Shown: positions 17,905 to 29,953 of the stretch, piece by piece
How the letters are laid out: each line of letters begins with the position of its first letter
Numbering within the stretch: position 1 is the stretch's first letter
DNA from: Calditrichota bacterium
GTDB taxonomy: Bacteria; Calditrichota; Calditrichia; Calditrichales; J004
Assembly: GCA_003696775.1 (NCBI GenBank)
Contig: RFFS01000125.1
Span: forward strand, 1 to 63,075
Reading direction: 5' to 3'
Length of the DNA: 63,075 bases
Position numbers and translations under genes: made by a program
The notes under the pieces: generated by a model
The model's input: the letters and a program-made list of their open reading frames with translations, nothing else
Database searches by the model: none
What the model was told of the DNA's origin: nothing

Positions 17905-20900
17905 TTTTTGAAACTCCTTCTTCTTCCATAGTGACGCCATACATGTTTTTGGCGGCTTCCATGGTGCGTTTATTATGGGTGACAACTAAAAACTGGGTGG
18001 TGTCGGTAAACTGCTGAAGGGCGTCAGTAAAGCGTTTAATGTTTACATCATCCAGCGGAGCATCCACCTCATCCAATATACAAAACGGACTGGGTTTGAC
18101 CAGATAAATGGAAAAGAGCAAGGAAATGGCCGTCAGGGTCTTCTCCCCGCCGGATAACAGCGACAGGGTTTGCAGATGGCGTCCCTTGGCCGTTACTTCG
18201 ATGTCGATATCGGCTTCCAGCGGGTCTTTGCTCTCATCCAGCCGAATGGTTCCCTTGCCATTGGGGAAAAAGGACGAGAAAACACGCTCGAAATGGCCTT
18301 TGATCGCATCAAAAGTAGTCACGAATTTTTCCCGGGCGGTTGTGTTTATTTTGTCGATGGTTTCCACCAGGGAGGCTTCCGCGCGCTCCAGATCGTCACG
18401 TTGCTTACTTAAAAAAGTGAGCCGTTCGTTTTCTTTTTCATATTCGCTTACCGCGAGAGGATTAACCGGTCCCAGGTGTTTAATCCGGTTTTTCAACGAC
18501 TGAATTTCCTGTTCGGTTTCATCTTCTTCAAGATGTTCGCTGGGGATATGGGCATCTATGTCCACGCTGTATGTTTCATTGATGGTCTGGCGGATGCTTT
18601 CCGTTTTATAATTGTATTCGTTGATCTTCACTTCAAGATTTTTGGATTTTTCCAGGGAAGAATCGTGTTTGCGGCGGTATTCCCGGATCTCGTTTTCCAG
18701 TTCCCGGCGTTTATCCTTGAGCTCATTATAACCGAGTTCCAGTTCTTCGCGTTTTTTATCCAACGTATCCCGTTCTTCCCATAGCACGTTGCGTTGCGCC
18801 ATACGGGATTCGATATCGGTTTTCAATTGTTCGCTATGCGTGCCCACATCGCGGATGGCTTTTTCCAGCCGTTCGATGGCTTTCCGCGCCTCATCAACGG
18901 ATTGACGGGAACGGCGGATGTCATTTTCGCGGTTATGCACCTGATTGTTGGCGTTGCTCAGGCGCAACTGGGTGTTCTGATACGTGTCCAACAACTGTTG
19001 GAAGGTATCGTTCACGGCGTCAAAGTCGTTGGTGCGTCGGATACTTTCTTTTTCAAGTTCGTTCAGGGCGTCTTGTTCTTCCCGCAGGTTGAGTTGAATG
19101 TCATCGGCTTCTTTTTTCAGTCGTTCGTTTTGTTCCGTTAATCGTTGAATCTGAGTGGCGGATGCTTCCCATTGCCGACGCATCTGGTCGCGCCGGTATT
19201 GTGCCTGACGCGCTTCGTTGTTCTGTTGATAATAACGGGTACGTATCTCTTCCAATTCCTTGCCGGCTATTTCCAGACGGTCACGTATCTCCGCCAGAGC
19301 TTCGCTTTTTTTATCCATTTCCCCGGAAAGACCCAATAAGCGTTTTTCCAGAGCCATGGCCTGGGTGCGCAGTTCCTTTAGTTTGTTTTTACGACTCAGA
19401 ATATGTGCTTCGTTTTTGGAACTGCCGCCGCTGATTTCCCGCCCAAAACGCACGGTATGTCCGTCCCTGCTGATATAGCGGTAGGCCGCCGTTTCCGCTG
19501 AGGCGCGGATGGCTTCCGGTAAATTTTCCACTATCAACACATCGCCAAGCAAGATATGCAACAGGTTCCGATACGCGTCGTCGAATTCCAGATGGTCCAC
19601 CAGTCGGTTGCCATGCGCGGGCAGTTCCGGTGCCCGTATGGTATTGATCCGATCCAGCGGAATACAGGTGATGCGCCCCTTATTCTGTTCCCTGACCGTT
19701 TGAATCAGTTTTTCCGCCACTTCCACCGTATCCACCACAATGTAATTGAGAGCCTCGCCCAGAGCCTGTTCACTGAGAGCCGCATAAGCATCCCCGGCCT
19801 GGATAAGTTCCGCCAAAGGGCCGTGTACGCCGGGAAACTCCCGACGATGGGTCATCACATATTGCGTGCTTTGCGCGTGACCTTCGTATTTGCTGATGAC
19901 GTTTTCATAAAAAGATTGCCGACTTTTCACTTTCTCAAAATCGGAGAGCGCTTCGTTGTAACGATTGCGCAGTTCTTCGAGTTGGGCCACCCATTCCTTA
20001 TCCTGTTGCCGTAAGCGATCCATTTCCCGTGCCAGGGCCGATTGTTTTTCTTCGATATCTTCCGATTGCCCGGTAAATGCGTCGATCTGAAGGGTGATGG
20101 CGTCCAATTCTTTTTTAAGACGTTCACGTTCGATTTCGACTTTTTCGATCTGCTCTTTGTTGAATTCCAGTTGATAGTTTTTTTTGTCGATGGCTTCTTT
20201 TTTATTGCTTAATGCCTGGAATTTTTCACGATAGGCGCGGTTTAGCCGGTCGATATGCGCTTTTTCCGCTTCAATTTGTTTTTGCATGGCGCGGCGTTCT
20301 TCCGCCACCAGATTGAATTCGGTTTGTAAAGCGGCCTGATTTTCCTTTAACGTGTCCAGCTCGGTGGTCATCTCTTCGATGTTATTCCGCCAGGTTTCGA
20401 TTTTTCGATTGTATTCATCAATTTCGGAATGATACCGCTCCCTGTTTTTAGCCATTTCCGTGATGCGCGTTTCAGCCACGGCGTTTTCACGGTTGATGGT
20501 GTTGATTTTTGTGTCCAGTTCATAAATACGCCCACGGACACTTTTCAACTCCTGTTCCAGAGCGATGCTTTGCCTGTTATAATCTTCCAACAGGGCTTCT
20601 TCTATGGTAATTTGATGTGAGCTTTCTTCCTTTTCGCGGCTCAGGATAGACAGCTCCTTTTCCAGCGGCGCAATCCGGTCGCGTAAGTTGTGATAACGAT
20701 AGACCGCGAGATCGATTTCCAGCTTTTTCAGTTTTTCGGTGTACTCCAGATAGCGGCGTGCCTTGCCCACCTGGCGATTCAGGGAGGCGACGTTTTTCTC
20801 CACTTCCAGTATGATATCATTGATCCGGTCCAAATCCACGCGTGTGGCGTCCAGTTTGCGCAATGCCGATTTCCGGCGTGTTTTGTACTTAACCACACCG

Positions 20901-21394
20901 GCGGCTTCTTCGAATAAAACACGACGCTCCTGCTTATTTTCGGAAAGGATGCTTTCCACCATTTTCAGCTCAATAACGGAGTAGGAATTGGCGCCCATCC
21001 CTGTATCCATAAATAGGTTGATCACGTCCTTAAGGCGCACCGGTACTTTATTAATCAGGTATTGGCTTTCGCCGGAACGGTACAGACGGCGTGAAATCAC
21101 CACCTCGCTGTATTCGGAATCCAGTACATTGCGGTTATTCTGGATAGTCAGCGATACCTCGGCCATGCCCATGGGTTTACGGGATTTTGTGCCGTTGAAG
21201 ATGACACTTTCCATTTTGTCGCTTCGCAGACTACTGGCGCGTTGTTCGCCCAAAACCCAGCGTATGGCATCGACAATGTTGGATTTGCCGGAGCCATTGG
21301 GGCCGATTATGGCCGTCAGACCGGAATCAAAGTCCAGTTTAATTTTATTCGCGAAGGATTTGAATCCATGTATGTTTAATTGTGAAAGATACAT
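17882..21394 (-). CDS. smc: Chromosome segregation protein SMC
   Basis: Walker A GPNGSGKSN, long coiled coils, hinge region, signature LSGGEKTLTAISLLFSI, and Walker B FCILDEVDAPLD; 1170 aa. Confidence 0.95.
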   Translation of the reverse strand: MYLSQLNIHGFKSFANKIKLDFDSGLTAIIGPNGSGKSNIVDAIRWVLGEQRASSLRSDKMESVIFNGTKSRKPMGMAEVSLTIQNNRNVLDSEYSEVVISRRLYRSGESQYLINKVPVRLKDVINLFMDTGMGANSYSVIELKMVESILSENKQERRVLFEEAAGVVKYKTRRKSALRKLDATRVDLDRINDIILEVEKNVASLNRQVGKARRYLEYTEKLKKLEIDLAVYRYHNLRDRIAPLEKELSILSREKEESSHQITIEEALLEDYNRQSIALEQELKSVRGRIYELDTKINTINRENAVAETRITEMAKNRERYHSEIDEYNRKIETWRNNIEEMTTELDTLKENQAALQTEFNLVAEERRAMQKQIEAEKAHIDRLNRAYREKFQALSNKKEAIDKKNYQLEFNKEQIEKVEIERERLKKELDAITLQIDAFTGQSEDIEEKQSALAREMDRLRQQDKEWVAQLEELRNRYNEALSDFEKVKSRQSFYENVISKYEGHAQSTQYVMTHRREFPGVHGPLAELIQAGDAYAALSEQALGEALNYIVVDTVEVAEKLIQTVREQNKGRITCIPLDRINTIRAPELPAHGNRLVDHLEFDDAYRNLLHILLGDVLIVENLPEAIRASAETAAYRYISRDGHTVRFGREISGGSSKNEAHILSRKNKLKELRTQAMALEKRLLGLSGEMDKKSEALAEIRDRLEIAGKELEEIRTRYYQQNNEARQAQYRRDQMRRQWEASATQIQRLTEQNERLKKEADDIQLNLREEQDALNELEKESIRRTNDFDAVNDTFQQLLDTYQNTQLRLSNANNQVHNRENDIRRSRQSVDEARKAIERLEKAIRDVGTHSEQLKTDIESRMAQRNVLWEERDTLDKKREELELGYNELKDKRRELENEIREYRRKHDSSLEKSKNLEVKINEYNYKTESIRQTINETYSVDIDAHIPSEHLEEDETEQEIQSLKNRIKHLGPVNPLAVSEYEKENERLTFLSKQRDDLERAEASLVETIDKINTTAREKFVTTFDAIKGHFERVFSSFFPNGKGTIRLDESKDPLEADIDIEVTAKGRHLQTLSLLSGGEKTLTAISLLFSIYLVKPSPFCILDEVDAPLDDVNIKRFTDALQQFTDTTQFLVVTHNKRTMEAAKNMYGVTMEEEGVSKIVSVAFQ

Positions 21395-21400
21395 AGTGTT

Positions 21401-23833
21401 TTAATACAATGTCCGTGAGTTAATAAGTGTCTGGAGTTGTTCAAACCAATGGGGTTGTGGATTGAAAAGGGCAAAAAAGATAAGCATCGTCACGATATAA
21501 CTCAAGAGAAGGATCATAAAAACAGCGCCAAAGCGAATGACGAGTAAAACGCGGATGCCGTTTATCAACCGGTAATGACTCCAGATGATAAACAAAGCCG
21601 CCAGGGTGAGCGCCGCCCACACGTATGTTTGATATACCAGAGCATGGTAGGTGATCATGCTTAAGGGCATCATAAAGGCCAGAGGTGCGCCGGACCATGT
21701 ACCGATGGCCACGGCCTGTCGGAAGCGGATATAGCGTTTTTTGAGGATGGCCCATAATTTGATTAAAACCGCCAACATCAATGGATAAAGCAAAAAAAGC
21801 GGCACAGCGGCGGTAACCAGCCAACCCTTATTGTTGAGTAGTCTTAAAATGTGCCCGTACACAACCGGATCGGGTGTGAATATGGCCAGCCATTCATGAA
21901 AAAAAAGAGTACGGCCGGCATAATATAACAGAGACGCGCAGAAAACACCTAAAACAAATGCGGAGTTTATGCCGATCATTAGGGTGTTGAAAACAGGTAT
22001 GATGCGCCATTCACGCATATCCACAAAAAAACCGTAACTGCGCCGCATGGCTCGTTTAAAATTTTCCCTGAAATTGGGATAGCGTCGAAAGAAAAAGAGA
22101 AAAATCAAAGTCCAGACAAATATGACAATGGCGAAAAAGTTATGTGTCGATATGGGAACGTTGTTCGGGGGCAGGGATAAGGTTGCCAGACTGTCTTTTA
22201 TGTTAAGACTCGTCATTTGTTCTTCGGGTATTGCGCTGAGAAAGCCCACCGCTTCCACGGGATAGGGCGCATCGGAGGTATCCTGAATCGTGCCGGAATA
22301 TCGTACGGGCATATCGTTAAACGCATCGCTGAAATAGCCCCGGGTACGTGCGGACGGATCATTTTGCGCCCACTGTGACAATCGCCGGCTTTTATCCAGG
22401 GCAAAGGCCGCATAATTTTCAGAGGCGTGTCGTCTGATAAAACGTCCCGCATGAGCCGGCAGGCTGGATCCGGTAAGAGTGTCCCATTCCGTGAAGGGCC
22501 GGTAAGGTGCGTATAGCATAAAATCGACGCCGGTGTTCCGGCCATGTCCCGCTTTCAACGGGGCAATGTAGGTAAGCAGCGGAGCGATACGCATGGCCAG
22601 ATCATTACTGATTAGGAAATAACGTTGATTGACCGGCGCGTCGGCATCCAGTTCATTACCCAGTCCCAATGCAAAAAAGGACGGGTGCCTGCCAAGCGAT
22701 GGCATCAGTTGTTGCAATGCGGCGCGCGTGGCGTTTAAAAAGGTTTCGTTATTGATCCAATCGGCCGGAAAGCGGCTGACGGGGAGTTCGGGTAACAACA
22801 ACAGGCCCAGGCTGTCGGCCAATGTGAAAACCGATTCCGGCGGCACATATCCCGGAAAGCGCACGGCATTATAGCCGGCTTGCCGCACCTTTTTTAGGAC
22901 AGCACCATAATAATCGTTTCGTGTGCGACCGCTCATATCCATGGGGTTAAAATAGAGATTGATGCCCTTAAATCGAAAACGTTGCCCATTCAGAAAAAAA
23001 GCGGAATCGGTGACACGAGCGGTGCGGAAACCGACGGTTATATCTTCCCTGCCGAGGGTTTGTAAAAATCGTTTTAAACGAAAGGAAATCGTCAGATGTA
23101 CGGGATGTGCCGGTTCCCACAGCGCTCCGGTTGGCAGAGTGATCTCTTCCGAGTATGTCCCGGCGTCAGGCAACAAGGGGCGCCGGTTTTTATAAAGGCT
23201 TTGCCCCTGATCATTGCGTACATCAACTTCCAGAGCATGGCCCTCCTTAATGCGGAAATCCGGTGTTACCCGGAAACGCAGCCGCACATGCGCTTTGTTT
23301 TCCATGCGCGTGATCGTGTAAGAAAAATTACTTATCCGTTTATGCGGAATTTTGATGAGCCGGATCGAACCCGCCAGACCATTGAAAAAGGGAGCAGCAA
23401 AAAGATGATTAAAAACGGGAGGCCATGCCGAACGGGCGTGGAACACCACACGCCACCGATTGGGCCCTGTTTTTAAAATGCCCGGTGGAATTTTGTGCCG
23501 CACCGGCAGCCAGTCCAGAGATGTTTGGAAAACACGTTGCTGATTTATAAAAACCGTTGCGCTGCCCGGAATGCCATCCATGTATAAGAGATAATCTTCG
23601 GTATGACGCGCCTCCAAACGGGTCTCACCCCGGGCAATGAGCGTGTCGCTCCCCAAGGCGATGAAAGGGAGGGGCAGCGTTTCGCCGTTGGCGGGCTTTA
23701 CGTTAAGTTGCCGGTGTACGGCAATGTCATTCGTATCCGTCGTGCTGATACGGGCCGGTAAAATGGGGAAAATAATTTCCCTTGCCGGAAGTGAGGCTAC
23801 CAGGAATGGAATCAAAAAGAGTAAAAGACGCAT
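21401..23833 (-). CDS. Signal peptide + GH2-like (sugar-binding/Ig/TIM-barrel) ectodomain fused to a C-terminal polytopic membrane domain
   Basis: Start set at MRLLLFLIPFLVASLPA (7 nt after the upstream stop). TIM-barrel-like FKGINLYFNP, GYNAVRFPGYVPPE, and RHPSFFALGLGNE (GH-A acid/base NE motif). About 245 C-terminal residues (nt 21401-22141) form at least 6 hydrophobic helices. Confidence 0.65.
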   Translation of the reverse strand: MRLLLFLIPFLVASLPAREIIFPILPARISTTDTNDIAVHRQLNVKPANGETLPLPFIALGSDTLIARGETRLEARHTEDYLLYMDGIPGSATVFINQQRVFQTSLDWLPVRHKIPPGILKTGPNRWRVVFHARSAWPPVFNHLFAAPFFNGLAGSIRLIKIPHKRISNFSYTITRMENKAHVRLRFRVTPDFRIKEGHALEVDVRNDQGQSLYKNRRPLLPDAGTYSEEITLPTGALWEPAHPVHLTISFRLKRFLQTLGREDITVGFRTARVTDSAFFLNGQRFRFKGINLYFNPMDMSGRTRNDYYGAVLKKVRQAGYNAVRFPGYVPPESVFTLADSLGLLLLPELPVSRFPADWINNETFLNATRAALQQLMPSLGRHPSFFALGLGNELDADAPVNQRYFLISNDLAMRIAPLLTYIAPLKAGHGRNTGVDFMLYAPYRPFTEWDTLTGSSLPAHAGRFIRRHASENYAAFALDKSRRLSQWAQNDPSARTRGYFSDAFNDMPVRYSGTIQDTSDAPYPVEAVGFLSAIPEEQMTSLNIKDSLATLSLPPNNVPISTHNFFAIVIFVWTLIFLFFFRRYPNFRENFKRAMRRSYGFFVDMREWRIIPVFNTLMIGINSAFVLGVFCASLLYYAGRTLFFHEWLAIFTPDPVVYGHILRLLNNKGWLVTAAVPLFLLYPLMLAVLIKLWAILKKRYIRFRQAVAIGTWSGAPLAFMMPLSMITYHALVYQTYVWAALTLAALFIIWSHYRLINGIRVLLVIRFGAVFMILLLSYIVTMLIFFALFNPQPHWFEQLQTLINSRTLY

Positions 23834-23840
23834 GGCGCTC

Positions 23841-24551
23841 CTAAAGCATGGATTGCAGGTCGCGGATGGCGTGTTCCATGCCGATATAGAGGGATTTGTG
23901 CACAACGGGCTCGGCTACAACAATATCCTCGATGTACTCCAGTGCGGCGATATCGCGCAGATTGTCATAGCCTATGCCGCCGGAAATATTAATGCCCAAA
24001 CCCAACTTGCCGGCCGCCAGCAACAGTCCGTTCAGCTTGTCAAGAAAATCGATTTCACTGGCCATATCTTCCGCTTCATCCAACACGGAGGCATCAATCT
24101 CGATGTAATCTAACTCCAGCTTGGAGGCGGCTTTTACTTCGGAAAGTTCCGGGGCTATCAGGGCGGAAGTGAGTATGCCGTTGGAACGTAATTCGGCAAT
24201 GTAATTTTGCAGGGTGGGGACATAATTAGCCAGGGAAAGGGTTTCGGGTTTCAATGTATGCACATCGCCCGGGGCCACAAAGGTGACCATGGGCACTTTC
24301 ATGGCAATTAATGCGCGTATGCGTTCCTCGGTCAGGTTTACGCGTACATTGAAATGGGTTTTGACCAGTTCGTTTAACAAACGCACATCCCGCGCCGTTA
24401 CTGTTTTTTCATCATCCCGGAAATAACATACGATGGATTCGGCGCCGCCTATTTCCGCCAGTAAAGTAGCGTTGACCGGGTCCGGTTCGTTGCCGCCCAG
24501 GGTATTACGGATAATGGCAATAGGGTCCACATCAAAAGCGATACGCTGCAT
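23841..24551 (-). CDS. PdxJ-fold protein (pyridoxine 5'-phosphate synthase-like) with non-canonical active-site positions
   Basis: Collinear with PdxJ over the whole length (DVDPIAIIRNTLGGNEPDP ... LGLGINISGGIGYDNL), but residues I recall as catalytic are replaced. See findings. Confidence 0.7.
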   Translation of the reverse strand: MQRIAFDVDPIAIIRNTLGGNEPDPVNATLLAEIGGAESIVCYFRDDEKTVTARDVRLLNELVKTHFNVRVNLTEERIRALIAMKVPMVTFVAPGDVHTLKPETLSLANYVPTLQNYIAELRSNGILTSALIAPELSEVKAASKLELDYIEIDASVLDEAEDMASEIDFLDKLNGLLLAAGKLGLGINISGGIGYDNLRDIAALEYIEDIVVAEPVVHKSLYIGMEHAIRDLQSML

Positions 24552-24562
24552 TTGGCCTCCGT

Positions 24563-25078
24563 TTAAAATGTTGATAAATCTTCCCAGCGCACAATTTTCC
24601 AGATGCCGCCGGATTTTTCCTTTAAAATGAATAATGCCTCGCCGTTTAACGTCGGAATTTCCCGTCCGCCGTCAAAAGTGAGTTGAAATATCTGCTTCAT
24701 TTCCACCAGGGAACTGTCTTCGGTAAGGTATATTTCCCTTATGGTGCCGCCCCAATTTAAGCGAATTGTCTGAAAATGTCGAAAAAGACGTACCGTGGTG
24801 CGTATATCCGTATCACGCCCCCAGATGATATCCGTCACCGGTGTGGTGGCGTAATTCTTGGAAACAAAAATAAAACTGCTATCCAGCAGGTCACTGTAAA
24901 CAACCGAATCCTTGAAATTATAGGCATACTCGAAATTGGTCATCACGTCTTGCGGGCTGCTTTGGTCGGTTAATATTTCGGTATGCATGCCGGCGTTCTG
25001 GTCGAGCCGCGGGGCAAACGGATTACAGGCGACCGATAATATAACAATGAAAATATAAAGAGTTCCTTTAAATTTCAT
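24563..25078 (-). CDS. Lipoprotein, NTF2/SnoaL-like (hypothetical), paralogue of the upstream gene
   Basis: Lipobox LSVAC followed by NPF. C-terminal GGIWKIVRWEDL pattern. Confidence 0.6.
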   Translation of the reverse strand: MKFKGTLYIFIVILSVACNPFAPRLDQNAGMHTEILTDQSSPQDVMTNFEYAYNFKDSVVYSDLLDSSFIFVSKNYATTPVTDIIWGRDTDIRTTVRLFRHFQTIRLNWGGTIREIYLTEDSSLVEMKQIFQLTFDGGREIPTLNGEALFILKEKSGGIWKIVRWEDLSTF

Positions 25079-27850
<2,772 letters not shown>

Positions 27851-27920
27851 CCGCGGATATCGATTGTCGTAAGCGGTCGTTTCCGAAATGAATCAGGGAA
27901 TAAAGTCCGGCCTTTTTTGT

Positions 27921-27951
27921 TTGACTTTAGAATACCGCGCCTCTAAATTTG
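27921..27951 (+). promoter_or_regulatory. Candidate promoter for secDF
   Basis: TTGACT (27921-27926), 17-nt spacer, then TAAATT (27944-27949). The same box reads TAAATTTG, which fits the Bacteroidota-type TAnnTTTG motif. Lies about 88 nt upstream of the secD ATG. Confidence 0.4.
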
Positions 27952-28038
27952 GCTTCTTTTGTTAATCCAACGACCCGATCCCCGGATTAATATTTTTATC
28001 AATCACAAACTAAACTCATTTGGAGGTTTTACGGTTTA

Positions 28039-29919
28039 ATGAAGACGAATACGACGGCGCGACTGACATTTATTTTAGCTGTTCTGGCGCTCGCCCTTTA
28101 TCTCCTCTATCCTACCATCCGTTTAAGCATGATGACCGACGCGGAAAAAACTGAGCTGCAAAAAAACGACCCTGACGCTTTTAACACATTGAAATCAAAG
28201 GCAATAAGTCTGGGCCTTGACCTGCAGGGCGGCATGCATGTGGTGCTGGAAGTGGATATCAGGGAATTGCTGGATAAACTGGCCAAAAACAAAAACCCTG
28301 TTTTTGTTAAGTCGCTGGAAGAAACCGCCGCGGCCTTAAAAGGTAAGGATGATGATTTCATCACGGTATTTAATGAGAAATTAAAAGAAAAGGGCATGAA
28401 TATTGCCCGGTATTATTCCGCCTCCGATCGCCGCACGGAAGATAAGGTATTAAGTTATCTTCATACGCAAACCGAGGAAGCGGTTGATCGCTCTCTGGAA
28501 ATATTACGCAATCGTGTGGATCAATTCGGTGTTTCCGAACCCACCATTCAAAAACAGGGCAGTAGCCGCATCATCGTGGAATTGGCCGGCGTAACCAATC
28601 CCCAACGGGTACGTAAACTGATCGGTAAAACAGCGCTCTTGGAATTTAAATTGCTGAAAGACCCCACTATCACCACCAATGTGGCCACCAAGATTAACAA
28701 TTTTATTCAATCCAAAATTACGCCATCGGACAGCAGTGCAACCGCTTCCGGGGAAAGCAAGGACAGTACTTCCACCGCTCTGGAAGAATTGTTCGGTGTA
28801 AAGGAAAAAGCGGATTCCGCCTCATCGGTAGCGGCCGGCGATAGTTCCGCCAATCTTTTTGAAGCCAATCTATTCTTTCAATCGCCTTATGACCGCAGCA
28901 CCTTGCTGGTGCCGGCCGACAAGGAGAATAAATTCAAGAGAATCATCAGTTTGCCTGAAATTCAAAAAATCATTGCCGAAGAAGCGGGCAGTGCCGAATT
29001 TTTATGGGGTTCCAAAAAAATCCAAAACGGAGAATACCTTCAGGTTTTTCTGGTCAATAAAAAGCAGGAACTTTCCGGTGAATATATTGTGGATGCGCGT
29101 CCGCAAAACGGAAGTCCGAGCGATCCCTCTTCGGCCGGTAAATTTGAAGTCAGCCTGACCTTCAGCGATGAAGGAGCTAAGGTTTTTGCCCGTGTAACCG
29201 GGGCTAACCTGCAAAAACGTCTGGCCATCATTTTAGATAACCGTGTGGTATTGGCGCCGACATTACAGGCTAAAATCACCAGCGGCCGGGCGCGTATCAC
29301 CGGCATGGATACCTTTGAAAGCGCCAAAGACCTGAGTATTGTACTGAAAGCCGGCGCCTTGCCAGCCCCGGTACGCATCATAGAAGAACGGACGGTAGGG
29401 CCGTCCCTCGGACATGATTCCATCGTAGCCGGTAGCTACTCGGCGATAATGGGGCTCATTCTTGTTATGGTGTTTATGGCACTTTATTACAAATTTTCCG
29501 GAGTAATCGCCGATTTTGCCTTGTTTCTGAATATCTTCTTCATCATGGCGGTGATGGCTTCCCTGGGCGCCACGCTGACCCTGCCCGGTATTGCCGGTAT
29601 CATTCTGACCATCGGTATGGCGGTGGACGCCAACGTGCTCATATTCGAACGCGTGAGGGAAGAACTCCGCAAGGGTAAAACCATCCGCGCCTCGCTTGAT
29701 CAGGGGTATGGCAAGGCATTCATTACCATTTTGGACGCCAATGTTACCACATTCATCGCCGGGATGGTATTATATACCTACGGTACCGGTCCCATTAAAG
29801 GGTTTGCCGTTACCCTTATGATTGGTATTGTGGCCAGTATGTTCACAGCCATTTTTGTATCCCGTGTGATATTCAATCTGATACTGGAAAATACCAAAGT
29901 CACCAAACTGAGCATATAA
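28039..29919 (+). CDS. secD: Protein translocase subunit SecD
   Basis: N-terminal TM, large periplasmic domain, and C-terminal 5-TM block with GIAGIILTIGMAVDANVLIFERVREE. Confidence 0.9.
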   Translation: MKTNTTARLTFILAVLALALYLLYPTIRLSMMTDAEKTELQKNDPDAFNTLKSKAISLGLDLQGGMHVVLEVDIRELLDKLAKNKNPVFVKSLEETAAALKGKDDDFITVFNEKLKEKGMNIARYYSASDRRTEDKVLSYLHTQTEEAVDRSLEILRNRVDQFGVSEPTIQKQGSSRIIVELAGVTNPQRVRKLIGKTALLEFKLLKDPTITTNVATKINNFIQSKITPSDSSATASGESKDSTSTALEELFGVKEKADSASSVAAGDSSANLFEANLFFQSPYDRSTLLVPADKENKFKRIISLPEIQKIIAEEAGSAEFLWGSKKIQNGEYLQVFLVNKKQELSGEYIVDARPQNGSPSDPSSAGKFEVSLTFSDEGAKVFARVTGANLQKRLAIILDNRVVLAPTLQAKITSGRARITGMDTFESAKDLSIVLKAGALPAPVRIIEERTVGPSLGHDSIVAGSYSAIMGLILVMVFMALYYKFSGVIADFALFLNIFFIMAVMASLGATLTLPGIAGIILTIGMAVDANVLIFERVREELRKGKTIRASLDQGYGKAFITILDANVTTFIAGMVLYTYGTGPIKGFAVTLMIGIVASMFTAIFVSRVIFNLILENTKVTKLSI

Positions 29920-29953
29920 AAGCACGAAAGCTGAAAAGGAGAAAAAGAATTCG

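Noticed and set aside
18108-20014. Series of plus-strand ORFs (60-150 aa) within smc
   Set aside because: All are antisense to the 1170-aa SMC gene. They arise from the Glu/Lys/Leu-rich coiled-coil codons.
27895-27920. Possible terminator after ligA (AAAGTCCGGCCTTTTTT)
   Set aside because: Only about 4 bp of pairing can be drawn, so this is not a convincing hairpin despite the T-run.
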